From: Octopus sinensis
Lineage: Eukaryota
DNA: 64,000 nucleotides
NCBI RefSeq assembly: GCF_006345805.1
Contig: NC_043025.1
Coordinates: 7,874,001 to 7,938,000 of the forward strand
Direction of reading: 5' to 3'
In this document: one piece after another, positions 1 through 13,374 of the stretch
Position numbering within the stretch: the first letter of the stretch is position 1
Layout of the letters: each line of letters starts with the position of its first letter
The notes under the pieces: generated by a model
What the model was told of the DNA's origin: nothing
Databases searched by the model: none
What the model saw: only the letters and a program-made list of their open reading frames with translations
Program-made: the position numbers and the translations under genes

Positions 1-30
1 CCTTGTTTCACATTTATGTGTTTACTCCAG

Positions 31-62
<32 letters not shown>

Positions 63-586
63 ATATGTGTGTGTGTTTCATCCTCACTACCATTTGGCAA
101 CTGGTGTTGGTGTGTTTATGTCCCTATAACTTAGTGGTTCAGCAAAAGTTACTGATAGAATAAGTACCAGGTTTAAGAAACAAAAACAAGTTCTAGGGCT
201 GATTCATTCAAGAAAAAAGTTTTCTTCAAGGTTGTGCCCCAGCATGGCCACAGTCTAAAGACTCAAACAAGTAAGAGATGAAAGATATTCTGGGGTTGAT
301 TTGTTTAACTGAAAACCTTCAAGGTGGTACCCCAGCATGGCCACAGTCCAATGACTGAAACAAGTAAAATAAAGAAAAACAAAAAGATGGCATAATCCCC
401 ACAGGGATGGAGCAAAGGGGTTAAAGAAAAGGAACACATGTATGTGGAATACTCGGCCATTTACATGCTTAATACTCATTGTCGAAATCAGTGGAGAATC
501 CGCTGAAAATGTGCGTGCTTGTGTGTGTTTGAAGTTGGAGGTAGTTTGTCAATTTAGTGAGAAGATGTATATATATAATCACGTGT

Positions 587-751
587 GGCACAGGAGTGGC
601 TGTGTGGTAAGTAGCTTGTTTACCAACCACATGGTTCCGGGTTCAGTCCCACTGCGTGGCACCTTGGGCAAGTGTCTTCTACTATAGCATCAGGTCGACC
701 AAAGCCTTGTGAGTAGATTTGGTAGACGGAAACTGAAAGAAGCCCGTCGTA

Positions 752-789
<38 letters not shown>

Positions 790-1013
790 GTGTGTGTGTG
801 TTTGTGTGTCTGTGTTTGTCCCCCTAGCATTGCTTGACAATCAATGTTAGTGTGTTTACGTCCCCGTTACTCAGTGGTTCGGCAAAAGAGACCGATAGAA
901 TAAGTACTGGGCTTACAAAAGAATAAGTCCCGGGGTCGATTTGCTCGACTAAAAGGCGGTGCTCCAGCATGGCCGCAGTCAAATGACTGAAACAAGTAAA
1001 AGAGAAAAGAGAG
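587..1013 (+). mobile_element. SINE family A (tRNA head, CORE-like accttgggcaagt box, internal (TA)n(TG)n, tail catggccgcagtcaaatgactgaaacaagtaaaaga)
   Basis: About 420-bp unit repeated roughly 20 times. Other copies approx. 6573-7003+, 8535-8918+, 16102-16580-, 20470-20873-, 29853-30272+, 34633-35027-, 35503-35892-, 41768-42176-, 43660-44068-, 48062-48425-, 48885-49256+, 54878-55275-. Confidence 0.9.
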
Positions 1014-1081
1014 TATATCCAGTTTTACTTTATATATTGGTGTTGTTCTGTTGACTGAACATCTGTCTGTTTGTCCTGCAG

Positions 1082-1162
1082 GGGTCTATTGAATAACACT
1101 GACTGCTGTGAAGAGGATTGGAACCGAAAACTGATCTGTTACATTCACATGTTTGAAGCAAT
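1082..1162 (+). CDS. CMIP: CMIP internal coding exon (first in window; gene is 5'-incomplete)
   Basis: tttgtcctgcAG acceptor, GTAAGT donor, 81 nt, GLLNNTDCCEEDWNRKLICYIHMFEA; phase joins next exon; aligns loosely to recalled human DRTLGCYVEILKLL. Confidence 0.8.
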
Positions 1163-1249
1163 GTAAGTGATTTCCATTTGGTTTAATTACTACCTGTCTC
1201 TACCTGCTCGTTAGTTCTCTATTTCGTTTTTACTGATTTTGTTTGCTAA

Positions 1250-1608
1250 TATATATACATACATACTTGCATGCATATGTACATGCATACATGCATGCAT
1301 GCATGCATACATGCATGCATGCATACATACCTGTATGCATACACACATACATGCATGCATACATATATACACATACATGCATGCATACATACATATATAC
1401 ATACATAAATACATACATACATGCATATATACATACATAAATACATACATACATGCATATATACATATACATGCATACACACATACATGCATACATACAT
1501 ACATACATACAAACATACATACATACAAACATACATACATACATACCTACCTACCTACATACATACATACATACATACATACATACATACATACCTACCT
1601 ACCTACCT

Positions 1609-1648
<40 letters not shown>

Positions 1649-2165
1649 ACATACGTCATACATACATCATACATACATCATACATCATACATACATACAT
1701 CATACATACATCATACATCATACATACATACATCATACATACATCATACATACATCATACATCATACATACATACATCATACATACATCATACATCATAC
1801 ATACATACGTCATACATACATCATACATACATCATACATCATACATACATACATCATACATACATACATCATACATACATACATACATCATACATACATA
1901 CATACATATACATACATACATCATACATACATACATACATCATACATACATACATACATCATACATACATACATCATACATACATACATACATCATACAT
2001 ACATACATACATATACATACATACATCATACATACATACATACATATATATACACATACATACATACACACACACATACATACATATACATACATACATA
2101 TACATACATACATCATACATACATACATCATACATACATACATACATACATATACACACATACAT
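1250..2165. repeat. (CATA)n/(CATCATA)n compound microsatellite
   Basis: Direct reading; source of the H/T/Y/I-rich pseudo-ORFs. Confidence 0.97.
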
Positions 2166-2704
2166 GATCCAACAAACAGGGGACCCAGGGTCAACCAAGG
2201 ATGAGAGGGATGCATCATATCCATAGTCTCAATCCCACCACAAAGCCTAACGATGGTTGCTTCTGATAGGACCCTGTGGATGAGGGGTGCTCGAGAACTC
2301 CAAATCCATAAATTCCCAGGAATTGTAGACAGAGGAGATGAATGGTTAGGATAGAATTTTTATCATTTGTTTTTTATGTTGTTTCAATTGTTACATAGAG
2401 TTTAAATAAGCAAAATTTGGTTTAATTAAGCTTCGTTAATGGTATTTTGTCACTCCTCAATTTCGTTAACGAATACTATCATGTCTACAGCAATTTTTTA
2501 TGATCATCATGCCCACTGAATTATGTTGCATATATTAAATTCGGGTTATTATGCTCACGTCATTAACTGTGTTAAATTTACTTGGTTAATTGTACATAAT
2601 ATACTTTTGCTTACTAATTACTTGTATTATTCCAATTGACTAAAAATTCCCAACTCCTATTATATAATAACCTTTAACTGTATTTCTGTTGCATGTAATT
2701 TGAC

Positions 2705-3289
2705 TTAACTCTTTTGTTGCCGTATAAAGGCGGTGCTGCAGCATGGCCGCAGTCAAATGACTGAAACAAGTAAAAGAGTAATATTTGGTATCAAAAGGGT
2801 TAAAAATATCATGGTGAATTTTACCCCTTTGTTACCCTGTTGAGATGCTCTGTGTTTCTTTCAACTAATTTTAAATATAACAAAGAATTTAGTAAAATAA
2901 CTTAGTTATCGTTAAGCTAGTGTTAGGAACAGAAATCGTGACTAAGGTTTGGTGGAAGATTTTAATTCAGAACTTAGGAAAACAAGACATTTGTACTACA
3001 GAACCAAAGGCAGTTTGAACCAGGTTAACATCGAAAGGGTTAAAAATATCATGGTGACTTTAACCCTTTTGTTACCATATTTCTGTTGAGATGTTCTGTG
3101 TTTCTTTCAATTAATTTTAAATATAACAAAGAATTTAGTAAAATAACTTAGTTATCATTAAGCTAGTGTTAGGAACATAATTTGTGACTAAGGTTTGGTG
3201 GAAAATTCTAATTCAGAACTTAGGAAAACAAAACATTTGTACTACAGAGCCAGATGCAATTTCAGTTGGGTTATTATCGAAAGAGTTAA
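2705..3289. mobile_element. Three tandem piggyBac-like MITEs (TTAA-CCCTTTTGTTACC ... CAAAAGGG-TTAA)
   Basis: About 220-bp units with CCC/GGG termini and TTAA flanks; first unit interrupted by a SINE-A tail. Confidence 0.75.
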
Positions 3290-3412
3290 ATTCACACAGA
3301 CATCCAAACAATCAATTAGACTCTCAAACACTCAGTTATCTATAAATGTTTAAAAAATTTTTTTATAAAGTCAAAGCATTGCAAAGTGTCAGAAATAATA
3401 CAAATTGATAGT

Positions 3413-3565
3413 TTGTACTTTTACCTTGTATTCCAATACTTCAGAGTTGGGACTCCTTCTTCAGGAAAGCTTCAGAAATCACAAAACCCATGTCTCTGTA
3501 GATTTCCTGAAGAAGGGGTCTTAAACCCAAAATATTGAAATACAAGGTATAAGTACCAACCATTG
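3413..3565. repeat. Imperfect inverted repeat with CTGAAGA motifs in both arms (Penelope-like remnant)
   Basis: Arms cttttaccttgtattccaat...ttcttcaggaaa and tttcctgaagaa...ttgaaatacaaggtataag. Confidence 0.55.
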
Positions 3566-3638
3566 GCTTACTTCATTTCTTTTAATTTGCATTGTACTAG
3601 TTTTATGATAAAAGAATTGAAAACATTTTTATATATAT

Positions 3639-3669
<31 letters not shown>

Positions 3670-3671
<2 letters not shown>

Positions 3672-4125
3672 GTCCTGTTTCTTTATTGTACTGTTTTTTC
3701 TTCATTTTATTGTAGTGTTTTTTCTTCATTTGTATTGCTTTTACGTCCTGTTTTTGTCACTTGTTTTACCCCTCCGCAAAAGAATTTTATTTAATTCCTT
3801 TTGCAGGAAGGACTGCTTCGACTGTGTTCTGTCCTTACCTTCGAAATACACTTTGAGTCGAACCAGGGGCAGCTGATGAAGGGGAATTTTCCTTGTATTG
3901 TTTGTCCTGTACTCAGTTTTTTCGTTGTTTAAAAAAAGTCCGTTTCCTTGTTTGATTTTATGTTCTCGTCTCTCGTTGTGTTCTACGTTTATTTGTGGTG
4001 TCCTGTACTCATATATATATATATATATATGTATGCATGTATATATACATGTAGATGTAAGTATGTACATATATGTATGTATATATGCATATATTTTATT
4101 TATTTATTATATTACTATATGACCG
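3670..4125. mobile_element. Unclassified dispersed repeat of about 430 bp (also 54430-54840 and 63290-63680)
   Basis: Three similar copies share ccctccgcaaaa...ccttcgaa...ctga(t/a)gaagggg...tcctgtactcatat. Confidence 0.75.
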
Positions 4126-4159
4126 AACGCACGCGTTATTTCTCTATTTCTCTTCTCCA

Positions 4160-4200
<41 letters not shown>

Positions 4201-4204
4201 AAAC

Positions 4205-4237
<33 letters not shown>

Positions 4238-4351
4238 AAACATTATATATATATATATATATAGATATATATCAGACAACACATCATGCTTATTATACTA
4301 TTCTGCTATATACATATATATTTAGATATATTTTATCTGCTCTTTTTCCAG

Positions 4352-4417
4352 GACACCCTACGATGATTGGAGATGCATCTTGGGAAGTCTTCTGCAGCCT
4401 GTTCCCTTTCCTACTGA
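4352..4417 (+). CDS. CMIP: CMIP coding exon
   Basis: tttttccAG / GTAAGT, 66 nt, TPYDDWRCILGSLLQPVPFPT vs recalled human [21 protein letters not shown]. Confidence 0.93.
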
Positions 4418-4769
4418 GTAAGTTAACGAACTAAAAACTTACCTAATTATTCATCTGCTTTTTTGACTTCTTGTCCTTCCTTGTATTTTTCTGTGAGTGA
4501 GTGTCTTCTATTATAGCCCTGGGAGCTTACAAGTGAATTGCAGGAGAATTTGATAGATGGAAACTGTGTGGAAGCCCATCATGTGTGTGTATGTGTGTAT
4601 GTTTGGCAAAATACTGAGAGAATGAAAAAAGAAAAATTAGTACTGGGGTTGATTTGTCAATCTAAACCTTTCACGGTGATGCTCCAGCATGGCCACAGTC
4701 CAAATGGTCCAATGAGAGAAGTAAATAAAGAGATTAAGTTAGTAACTATAGAGAAAAAATTTTCAAACA

Positions 4770-5158
4770 CATCACTGTGATACCAGTGCCGGTGGTATGT
4801 AAGAGAACCATCTGAATGTGGCCATTGCCAGTGATGCCCCAACTGGCCTGGTGCCGGTGGCACGTAAAAAGCACCATCCGATCGTACCCGGTAACAGCCT
4901 CGCCTGGCCCCCGTGCCGGTGGCGCGTAAAAAGCACCATCTGATCGTGGCCGTTTGCCAGCCTCGTCTGGCACCTGTGCCGGTGGCACGTAAAAAGCACC
5001 CACTACACTCACGGAGTGGTTGGCGTTAGGAAGGGCATCCAGCCGTAGAAACACTACCAGATAAGACTGGAGCCTGGTGCAGCCTCCTGGCTTCCCAGAC
5101 CCCGGTTGAACCGTCCAACCCATGCTAGCATGGAAAATGGACGTTAAACGATGATGAT
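4770..5158 (+). mobile_element. Retroposon with internal ~60-bp tandem repeats and (GAT)n tail (also 11910-12400- and 19248-19760-)
   Basis: Repeated ggcacgtaaaaagcaccatccgatcgtggccg unit; ends gcatggaaa.tggacgttaaacgatgatgat. Confidence 0.8.
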
Positions 5159-5442
5159 GTTGAGTCCACCAGTGATAAGCTGCTACAAGGGAGATAATCT
5201 TTGCTTCATAATATTTGGTGGGATTAGAAGTTTGAATCTGAAGTTAAGAAAGAAGATGCATATGTTTGTTCCCAAACAATACTTATTTTAGTGCTGTTGA
5301 CACTGCCGGATCAAATGGTACTACCCAAGTGTCGAAACCACAAGGATATCCATGAGGCAGCTGATGATGGGGGTATGTCGGTTTGTTGGTATGGCTGCTT
5401 TTGTACATGTGGAATAGTGTTATAACACATCCTTTTGATATA

Positions 5443-5831
5443 TCTTTATATATAAAAGAGAGGTTGTGTGTCTGTCTCCTGCGATTTAGATTCCTAACTA
5501 CTCACACATTTTGCAGTGCAGTTTAACCAAAAGCGGTTATCTTATAGTCGTGATTCATATCGAGCCCTTCTGGGTATTAGCGTGCGTCTACGATGAGTCG
5601 ACGATTTAAAAAAAAATTTGCCATCATTTCTTTCCATTTTTTCGCTATTATATAAGGGAAGTAACTCTCTAAAAATGTCTACGATGAGTCAACGATTTAA
5701 AAAAAAATTTACCATAATTTTTTTTTCCATTTTTAATGCATTTTTTTGCTATTTTTTGGCTATAACTCTCTAAAAATGCTTATATAGTTATTTCCCTTAC
5801 AAACCTGAGCAACGCCGGGCGATACTGCTAG
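5443..5831 (+). mobile_element. Non-autonomous Helitron
   Basis: A|TCTTTATATATAAAAG 5' end; subterminal hairpin cctgagcaacgccggg; CTAG|T 3' end; inserted in AT. Confidence 0.85.
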
Positions 5832-6004
5832 TATATAAATATACTTTTGTTTTCTGTGTTTTAGTTACCTATATTGAATGTTTTTGTTGGTTTGTATGAA
5901 TGGAAAACTGCAAGCAAAAAAAATAAATAAATGAAATAACTGATATATTTATTCTGTTTTATTCTAATTTCCTTTCTATTTTCTTTTCTATTTTCTCTCT
6001 ACAG

Positions 6005-6031
6005 TGCCGTTGGACACTCTTTCTTCACTAC
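6005..6031 (+). CDS. CMIP: CMIP 27-nt coding microexon
   Basis: Long pyrimidine tract ...ctctctacAG / GTAAGT; (D)AVGHSFFT(T) vs recalled human EALAHEKFTK; preserves phase. Confidence 0.85.
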
Positions 6032-6115
6032 GTAAGTATCATATATCAAATATATGTGTTTGTGTGTATTTATATATTGTATGTATGTATGTATGTGTAT
6101 ATATATTTATATGTA

Positions 6116-6152
<37 letters not shown>

Positions 6153-6252
6153 GTATATATGCACATGTGTATGAGTGTATAGATGTTTGTATATATATAT
6201 ATATTGTATGTATATGTGTGGATTTGGTAGGTGGAAACTGAAAGAAGCCTGT

Positions 6253-6286
<34 letters not shown>

Positions 6287-6749
6287 TGTGTTTGTCCCCA
6301 CCACCATCGCTTGATAACCAATGTTGGTGCGTTTACATCCCTGTAACTTAGCGGCCCGGTAAATAAGACCGATAGAACAAGTGCTGGGCTTACAAATAAT
6401 AAGTCCTGGGGTTGATTTGTTCACTAAAGGCAGTGCTCCAGCATGGCCGCAGTCAAATGACTGAAACAAGTAAAAGAATAAAAAGGGTATATGACACTCT
6501 ATCAGATACAAAGATGTGGGTTCCAGTTGATCCGATCAGTGGAACAGCCTGCTTGTGAAATTAATATGCATAGGCGCAGGAGTGGCTGTGTGGTAAGTAG
6601 CTTGCTTACCAACCACACGGTTCCGGGTTCAGTCCCACTGCGTAGCACCTTGGGCAAGTGTCTTCTACTATAGCCTCGGGCCGACCAAAGCCTTGTGAGT
6701 GGATTTGGTAGACGGAAACGGAAAGAAGCCCGTCGTATATATGTATGTA

Positions 6750-6782
<33 letters not shown>

Positions 6783-7540
6783 GTATGTATATATATGTTT
6801 GTGTGTCTGTGTTTGTCCCCCCCAACATCGCTTGACAAATGATGCTGGTGTGTTTACGTCCCTGTTACTTAGCGGTTCAGCAAAAGAGACCGATAGAATA
6901 AGTACTGGGCTTACAAAGAATAAGTCCTGGGGTCCATTTGCTAGACTAAAAAGGCGGTGCTCCAGCATGGCCGCAGTCAAATGACTGAAACGAGTAAAAG
7001 AGTAAGTGGCTGAGTACTCCACAGAGATTCAGTGTGAAACAGAATGTAACGAGAGTGACCCTTTTGACTATAGGGTCACCTCATTTTTGCCAGCTGAATG
7101 GACTTCATGAACTGCATACTCTAACTACTAAGCCATGTGCCTTCATTTAATTATTAATTAAATGAATTATTAGCAATAATTAATTGCTACAATTTAATTG
7201 AGATGTTGTAAATTACTTGATGTCTTCAATAACATTACATACGTTCATGTGTGAGGCTTCATATATGAAGGGAAGCAAGTCTAGCTTCTTAAAGTTGACA
7301 AATAAAGGTTATAATTGTGTGTGTGTGTGTGTATCTATGTCCCTACTTACACTCAGCCGGGTGCAGGCTGTGTGCTAAGAAGTGGGCTTCCCAACCACAT
7401 GATTCCAGGTTCAGTCCCACTGCGTGGCACCTTGGCTAAGTGTCTCTTACTATAGCCTCGGGCTGACCAAAGTGTTTGTGAGTGGATTTGGTAGACAGAA
7501 ACTGAAAGAAGCCCATTGTATATATATATATATATATATA

Positions 7541-7685
7541 TTTACATACAAAATTTAAAGGACTGACCACTAAAAGTGGACGGTCAACATGCTAGATATA
7601 GACGTCAAAAATCGATTTTGACATCTCTATCTAGCATGTTGACCGTCCACTTTTAGTGGTCAGTCTTTTAAATTTTGTATGTAAA
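7541..7685. repeat. ~145-bp near-perfect hairpin (MITE-like)
   Basis: tttacatacaaaattt...gctagat / atctagc...aaattttgtatgtaaa. Confidence 0.8.
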
Positions 7686-8218
7686 AATATTTTAATCTTC
7701 GGATTTTTTTAATATGCTAGGCCACTGGTTTTAATTAATTAATATCAATTTCTACCCTTATTAAATTTTATATATATGGATCGTTAGCCCCTACACGCAA
7801 TTTTTTTTCTGTCCTTGTTTCTCTCCGTGTTTCTTTTCTGTGTATCTTTCTGTTGAAGAGTGTATGCTCAAAACGTAAAAGACTTGTTCTATTTCTATTC
7901 CTGAGCGCAATACAAATACATTATTTGTTTGTACTCCACCTGCCTTCGTCTTTTGTTTATTTTCTTAAACCTTCCCATTATATATATATATATATATGTA
8001 TATGTTTGTGCTTTTGTGTTTGTCCCTTACTATCGCTTGACAACCGCTGCTGGTGTGTTTATGTCTCCATAAGTTAGCGGTGCAGCAAAAGAGACCGATA
8101 AAATAAGTACTAGGCTTATGAAGAATAAGTCCTGGGGTCCTAGATTTGTTCAACTATAGGTGGTGCTTCAGCATGGCCACACTCAAATGAATGAAACAAG
8201 TAAAAGAATATATATATA

Positions 8219-8287
<69 letters not shown>

Positions 8288-8916
8288 AAAGTGTACGTAT
8301 GCCACTATATACAAGAGCATTAGATTCCTTGGAAGAAAGCAGCGAATGTATACTTAAAACAAGGATGGAAAAAAAACGGATGTTACACAAATACAATAAA
8401 AATAATAACAGGACATAACAACAGGTGTCTTTCGACTAAGGGCAAATTAGATTAAGCTGGTATGTGTGGAAATGAAGCCTTACGGCAGGGATATTTTACA
8501 CATTATTTTACAGAGATATATATATATATATATGGTAAGTAGCTTGTTTACCAACCACATGGTTCCGGGTTCAGTCCCACTGCGTGGCACCTTGGGCAAG
8601 TGTCTTCTACTATAGCCTCGGGCCGACCAATGCCTTGTGAGTGGGTTTGGTAGACGGAAACTGAAAGAAGCCCGTCGTATATATGTATATATATGTATAT
8701 ATGCGTGTGTGTGTTTGTGTGTCTGTGTTTGTCCCCCTAGCATTGCTTGACAACCGATGCTGGTGTGTTTATGTCCCCGTAACTAAGCGGTTCCTGCAAA
8801 AGAGTCCGATAGAATAAGTACTGGGCTTACAAAAGAATAAGTCCCGGGGTCGAGTTGCTCGATTAAAGGTGGTGCTCCAGCATGGCCGCAGTTAAATGAC
8901 TGAAACAAGTAAAAGA

Positions 8917-8959
<43 letters not shown>

Positions 8960-9171
8960 CAATAATAAAAGGGTAAAATTAATTAATTATTAATTAGTGT
9001 TCAGTATGTAAAGACCATTTACGGTATATTTAAAATATTACGTTATATAATTGGGGTTTGTCTGGGAGACTTTTCTCATAGTAGAGGAAATAGCTAAATT
9101 TTTTGGCTGCTATTTCTAAAAGTTCGGTGTGTGGTAAAGTAAATATAACGTAATATATATATATATAATAT

Positions 9172-9202
<31 letters not shown>

Positions 9203-9434
9203 GCATGTATATTGTGTATGTAATTAAATATGTATATATGATGTATGTATATATAAGTGTGTGTGTATTCATATGAGTGTGTGTGTACTAGCAAGCTTAG
9301 CACTTTGGGCTAACAGATCCTTCTTGCAGGCATTATACGCATTTTAAGACAGCAAAGTGCCTAGTATTGCGTCAAATCCTGTTTAAGAAGTGTTCACTTC
9401 AAGAGCATACATACTTATACAAATAAACTACACG

Positions 9435-9589
9435 TGGCTGTGTGGTAAGTAGCTTGCTTACCAACCACATGGTTCCGGGTTCAGTCCCACTGCATGGCAC
9501 CTTGGGCAAGTGTCTTCTACTATAGGCTCGGGCCGACCAAAGCCTTGTGAGTGGATTTGGTAGACGGAAACTGAAAGAAGCCTGTCATA

Positions 9590-9631
<42 letters not shown>

Positions 9632-10005
9632 AGTGACTGTGTGGTAAGTAGCTTGCTAACCAACCACATGGTTCCGGGTTCAGTCCCACTGCGTGGCACC
9701 TTGGGCAAGTGTCTTCTACTATAGGCTCGGGCCGACCAAAGCCTTGTGAGTGGATTTGGTAGACGGAAACTGAAAGAAGCCTGTCATATGTGTGTGTGTG
9801 TGTATATGTTTGTGTGTCTGTGTTTGTCCCCTAGCATTGCTTGACACCGATGCTGGTGTGTTTACGTCCCCGTCGCTTAGTGGTTCGGCAAAAGAGACCC
9901 GATAGAAAAGTACTGGGCTTACAGAGAATAAGTCCCGGTGTCGATTTGCTCGACTAAAGGCGGTGCTCCAGCATGGCCGCAGTCAAGTAAAAGAGTAAAA
10001 GAGAG
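9435..10005 (+). mobile_element. Tandem SINE-A (duplicated head+CORE halves)
   Basis: Two head units separated by (TA)n, then one tail; same pattern at 24053-24610 and 33290-34018. Confidence 0.85.
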
Positions 10006-10164
10006 TATGCATATGCATATATATGCACATTGTATTTGAGTGAGTGGACAAATAAGAAAGGGTTAGATTTTGTAGGGGTTATGATATATGTAGTGGGTTT
10101 TGGTGGTTGTGGTGCTGCACACCCAGTGTTTAATGGCCCCTTCTGTTGATCCCTCTTGTTGCAG

Positions 10165-10321
10165 GCGCATGAAACCTATCATCAAACAGATTGCCCTCGA
10201 CCCAAGCTGTAACACACACCAGACACTGTTGAGTATCCGTGAGAATAAGGAAGGATGGTTCAATCTCTACTGTCCAGGAAACATCTGTTGTGATGATGAC
10301 GGAGAATTATGGGGCATTATG
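10165..10321 (+). CDS. CMIP: CMIP coding exon
   Basis: cttgttgcAG / GTGAGT, 157 nt, RMKPIIKQIALDP...KEGWFNLYCPGNICCDDDGELWGIM vs recalled human [25 protein letters not shown]. Confidence 0.95.
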
Positions 10322-10383
10322 GTGAGTAAAGACTGATGAATGAGTGTGTGTGTAATTAAAGTTGGACATGAGTGTTTCATCCA

Positions 10384-10422
<39 letters not shown>

Positions 10423-10600
10423 TGTCTACTTTTCCCATGCTTGCACGAGTCAGGCACAATTTACTGAGGCAGGTTTTCTAGGGCTGGGATGCCCTTCCTG
10501 TCATCAACCCTTACCTGTTCCCCAGGCAGGGTAATATTTCCCTATGACCAGATATGTTTTTTTTTATGGAAGACTGGAAATAAACAGCTTTGCTTGTGTC

Positions 10601-10640
<40 letters not shown>

Positions 10641-10644
10641 CATT

Positions 10645-10985
10645 ATTGAGTGAGAGAGCAGTTCATGCCATCAAAGTGACACTGGGGTAAAATATACGAA
10701 GCCCAGTATACCCATCATGACTACCCGTCTGATAAGGGTACACCAGGCACATGCATCACAACCATATGTACACGACATGGTGATCTCATATCAAGATAAA
10801 TAGCACATGACATTGCAGGTGGGGCCCAGTTAGAATTTTCTTCAGGTTGAGTAGCCCATCCCGCTCAAAAGATCCCTGAATAAGGGTTGTTTAAGGATGT
10901 TGAACGACACACCCATGTTTCCAGAGGTGAATTATTCAAACCTCAAAGAATCCCTCTCAACACACAGCTATGATGCTCCCCCTAT
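10645..10985 (-). mobile_element. Dispersed retroposon-like repeat ending in (AAT)n (also 21128-21540- and 36665-36898+)
   Basis: Three homologous copies of gcagttcatgccatcaaagtgacactggggtaaaatatacgaagcccag next to an ATT microsatellite. Confidence 0.75.
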
Positions 10986-11550
10986 TATTATTATTATTAT
11001 TGTTATTGTTAAGAAGGTGATGAGGTTGCAGGATTGTTAAAATAACTAGTTCTTATTTTATTGACCCTGAAAGGATAAAAGGCAAAGCCAACCTTGGTGA
11101 AATTTGAACTCAGAATCAGCATCATCATCATCATCATCTTCGTTGTCGTCATTGCTTAATGTCTGCTTTCCATGCTGGCATGGGTTGGACGAGTGTAAAG
11201 ACAAATGAAATGCCTGTAAGCATTTTACCTGGAATGCTTACCATTCTGCCAGCTCACTGCCCTCTTGTTATTATTAATATTGCTTTCAAATTTTGGCACA
11301 AGGCCAGCAATTTTGGGGGAGTGGGTAAGTCTATTTCATCAACCCCAGTGTTCAACTATGTACTTGTTTTATTGACCCTGAAAGGATAAAAGGCAAAGTC
11401 GTCCTCAACTCAGAACATAAGATTTCAACTCAGAACATAAGATTTCAACTCAGAACATAAAATTTCAACTCAGAACATAAAAATGGATGAAATACCGCTA
11501 AGAATTTTGCCTGGTATTTTCACAATTCTACCAGGTCATCGTCTTAGTTT

Positions 11551-11900
11551 GTTACTGCCGGCTTAGTGAAGGCGGAGATATTGTTTGTCCGTGGACAAGA
11601 TATCTCAAGAACCACTGGATGGATTCAGATGAAACTTTCAGGGATGTTTGGCCTCATGACTGGCACAAACTGATTAGATTTTGGCATCAATCTGATACCA
11701 GACAAGGATTCTGGATTATTTTTCCAATTTTTTTTACTTAATTTTTGAGAGTGGTCGGGTTCATTTTTAGCATTCTCATTTCTGAGAGCAGTCGAGTTTA
11801 TTTCAGATATTCTCATTTTAAAAATCATCTCTGGTTCATCATTGAGAGGACATTGGTGTTGACTTGGGGGAGGTTTGCATCCTCAGAGTGCTTTTGTTAT
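11551..11900 (+). mobile_element. Helentron-associated (HINE/DINE-like) non-autonomous element
   Basis: Ends ttactgccggc...aggcggagatattg and gggggaggtttgcatcctcagagtgcttttgtt resemble recalled TTATTACCTCCGCC ... GGCGGAGGT(T)TGCGCTCTCTGAGTGC termini. Confidence 0.45.
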
Positions 11901-12477
11901 TATTAATCACCATCATCATCGTTTAGCGTTTGTTTTCCATGCTGGCATGGGGTTGGATGGTGCAACTGGGTTCTGGGAAGCCAGAAGGCTGCACCAGGCC
12001 CAGTCTGATCTGGCAATGTTTCTACGGCTGGATGCCCTTCCTAATGCCAACCACTCCATGAGTGTAGTGGGTGCTTTTTATGTGCCACCAGCACAGGAGC
12101 CAAACGATGCTAGCAAACGGCCACGATCGGATGGTGCTTTTTACATGCCACTGGCACAGGAGCCAGGCGAGGCTGGCAACGGCCACGGTTGGATGGTGCT
12201 TTTTTTGTGCCACCAGCACAGGAGCCAGGCGAGGCTGGCAACGGCTATGATCGGATGGTGCTTTTTACGTGCCACCGGCACGGTAGCCAGTCGGAGCGGC
12301 GCTGGCAACGGCCACGTTCCGATGGTTCTCTTATGTGCCACCAGCACTGGTATCACAGCTGCAATTTCCATTGATGTTGATCGATTTTGATTTTGATTTG
12401 ATTTTCACTTGCCTCTGATTATTGATAATATTTATTAATTACCGTAATTAACTGGTTAATTATTTTATCATCCACAG

Positions 12478-12591
12478 CTGAACACTTTGATTAGATGTTG
12501 CTGCAAAAGGAAGACGTTTCTACTGGAGCTGAGCAAAAGTGTTAATCCAGTGATGTTATTGGCCCTTAGGGGTAAAGAGGCTGCCATGGAG
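12478..12591 (+). CDS. CMIP: CMIP coding exon
   Basis: atccacAG / GTGAGA, 114 nt, LNTLIRCCCKRKTFLLELSKSVNPVMLLALRGKEAAME. Confidence 0.92.
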
Positions 12592-12599
12592 GTGAGATA

Positions 12600-13150
12600 T
12601 TGCTTGGGGGGGGGATGAGAAAATAGGGGAGAGAGAGAGACGGAGAGAGAGTAGGAGAGAGATGGTGAGAGTGGGGAGGAAGAGAGAGAAACAGAGAGGT
12701 AGGGAGAGAGAGAGGGGTGCAGAGAAAGAGAGAACTACAGGAAGTGGAAGGAGAGGGGGAGAGAGAAATGGAAGAGAGAGAGAGAGAGAGTAGAGAGAAA
12801 GTGAGATGGAGAGTGAGAAGAAGGTAGAGAAAGAGAGACAGAGAAGATGAGAAAGGGAGAGATGAAAATGTGAGAGGGTGAGAGAGAAAGAGAGAAGGGG
12901 AGAGAGACAGAGAGAGAGATGGCAGAGAAAGGGGAGGGAGAGAGAGATAGTGAGAAAGAGATGCAGAGAGAGATGGAAAAAGAGGAATGGCAGAAAGAGA
13001 AAGAGAGAGGGGAAAGAAAGATGAGAAAGAGAGATGAGAAAGAAAGAGAAGGAAGCGAAAGACAGAGAGAGAGAGAGAAGAGAAATAGAAAGTGAGAGGG
13101 AGGGAGTGAAAGATAGGGAGAGATGGAGAGAGAGAAAGAGAGAGAATAAT
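12600..13150. repeat. Purine-rich (GA)n degenerate tract
   Basis: Direct reading. Confidence 0.9.
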
Positions 13151-13374
13151 GGAGGTCGTTTTTCAGTGAAGGAGCAATTATTTGTGTTATTCACATTTTC
13201 ATTTATTTACTTCTTAGCCCCCAAATTTTAGGCCCTGTGCCTTTAGTAGAAAGGATAATTATTATTATTATTATTTTCATTAGCATCTTCTTTCAATTCT
13301 GTTTCCATTTCTTGCTGAGTGTCTTCCTGACACCTAGGGCAGAGAAACGTACTGTATACATTAATAAAAAATAA

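Noticed and set aside
1211-2226. Long H/T/Y/I and M/Y/V/C ORFs, and similar ones at 28410-29688, 31330-32773, 50391-51004 and 58014-59120
   Set aside because: Translations of microsatellites; open in several frames because the repeats lack stop codons
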